Assembly (NCBI GenBank): GCA_963845145.1
Contig: CAWJQU010000017.1
Span: forward strand, 32,001 to 96,000
Direction: 5' to 3'
DNA from: an uncultured delta proteobacterium
GTDB lineage: Bacteria > Desulfobacterota > Desulfobacteria > Desulfobacterales > QNYZ01
Length of the DNA stretch: 64,000 nucleotides
The first letter of the stretch is position 1, and every line of letters starts with the position of its first letter. Positions 62,967 to 64,000 of this stretch are shown in pieces. Made by a program: the position numbers and the translations under genes. The notes under the pieces were generated by a model. The model was not told where the DNA came from. It made no database searches and was given only the letters and a program-made list of their open reading frames with translations.

Positions 62967-64000
62967 ATGGCGGTACTTCCTGAAGTAAAACCACATTATG
63001 GAAAACTGAAGCTGCTTATCGGCGGGGAATGGGTGGATTCTCAATCAACGATTGTCAATGAGACGGTCAATCCGGCCACTGGAGAGGTCATTGCCCAGTA
63101 TCCGACGGCCACCAAGGATGAAGCGCGTGCGGCGGTGGATGCGGCCCAGCGCGGATTTGAAGCCCTGGGTAAAATCGCTCTGCGCGAACGGGCCAGAATG
63201 CTTTTTGACATGCGACAGAAATTCGAGGACCATTTTGAAGAATTGTCCCGGGTATTGACCCAGGATCATGGGCGAACCATTGGAGAATCGCGTGGTTCAG
63301 TCCGCCGCTCCATTGAAAATATCGAGTCGGCCTGTTCCGCGGCTTATGGGATGGCCGCCCGTAACGAGCATATCGACAATCTTGCCAACGGTATCGATAT
63401 GTGGCTGACCTGGGAACCCCTTGGCCCCTTTCTCATTGTGACGCCGAGTAATATTCCCATCCATGCCTGGTCCTCTTTTGTTCCTTATGCGCTGGCGGCG
63501 GGCTGTCCGGTGGTCATCAGCCCCAGCCGCCAGGATCCGGTGGCGGCTGAGTATGTCAGCAGAGTAGCAATGTCGGCCGGCTGGCCCGAAGGCGCCATTA
63601 ATGTGATCCATGGCGGTCGTGAGGTCAATCAGTACATCCTCGAACAGCCTGAGATACAAGGCCTCGGATTCATCGGTTCCACTGCAGCAGGTTGGCACCT
63701 TTTCAAAGAGTGTGGCCGGTTGGGAAAAAATTCTTCCATCAACGGCAACGGTAAAAACACCGTACTGGTGATGCCGGATGCAGACCTTAACACTGTTACA
63801 CCTTTTTTACGCCAAGGATGCTTCGGGATGACGGGCCAACGCTGTCTGGGATCCGATAACGTCGTGGTTATCGGAGACATCTACGATGACTTCAAAGAGC
63901 GTTTCGTTGCCGAAGCCAAGGCCATGAAAATGGGTTACGGTCTGGATGATGGGACTTCCATGGGGCCATACTGCACCGCCGCTTACCGGGACAACGCCGC
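62967..64000 (+). CDS. Aldehyde dehydrogenase, methylmalonate-semialdehyde dehydrogenase-like; 3' partial
   Basis: Own translation from ATG 62967 after GGAGG: NPATGE, EPLG, TPSNIP, FIGST, INGNGKN (no general-base Glu), catalytic GQRC; open to the window end. Confidence 0.85.
   Translation, partial: MAVLPEVKPHYGKLKLLIGGEWVDSQSTIVNETVNPATGEVIAQYPTATKDEARAAVDAAQRGFEALGKIALRERARMLFDMRQKFEDHFEELSRVLTQDHGRTIGESRGSVRRSIENIESACSAAYGMAARNEHIDNLANGIDMWLTWEPLGPFLIVTPSNIPIHAWSSFVPYALAAGCPVVISPSRQDPVAAEYVSRVAMSAGWPEGAINVIHGGREVNQYILEQPEIQGLGFIGSTAAGWHLFKECGRLGKNSSINGNGKNTVLVMPDADLNTVTPFLRQGCFGMTGQRCLGSDNVVVIGDIYDDFKERFVAEAKAMKMGYGLDDGTSMGPYCTAAYRDNA

Noticed and set aside
346..63880. Numerous antisense or overlapping ORFs in the track (e.g. 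346-966, 16366-16953, 35061-35699, 45662-46228, 54560-55132)
   Set aside because: They overlap well-supported genes and show no protein-family motifs; they are shadow ORFs.

Overview
A 64-kb, mostly core chromosomal segment. Gene content and order suggest a sulfate-reducing Desulfobacterota (Desulfobacterales-like) bacterium; this is an inference. 0-19 kb holds housekeeping genes: miaB, rho, rpmE-prfA-prmC, rpsB-tsf-pyrH-frr-uppS-cdsA-dxr-rseP and purL-purQ. 19-44 kb is more accessory. It carries a HisKA_2 kinase paired with a regulator that has a Cys-rich tail, two rubrerythrins, REP-like palindromes, a decayed cytochrome c peroxidase, pspFABC and a sigma54 activator facing a small exported-protein gene. 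It also carries an acyl-CoA dehydrogenase/EtfB/EtfA operon whose EtfA is fused to an XRE-HTH-cupin regulator. 44-57 kb holds efp, guaA, larB, mrp, gdhA and an SPFH/zinc-ribbon pair. 57-64 kb looks like the start of an anaerobic nicotinate catabolic cluster: a nicotinate dehydrogenase-like Mo enzyme with L and M subunits fused, an enamidase, an AA_synth-family protein and a CoA-acylating-type aldehyde dehydrogenase, next to a truncated IclR gene. The best leads are the nicotinate cluster (possible direct route to glutaryl-CoA) and the EtfA-regulator fusion. No rRNA, tRNA, CRISPR array or intact transposase was seen. All family calls come from motif recognition by eye, not database searches.
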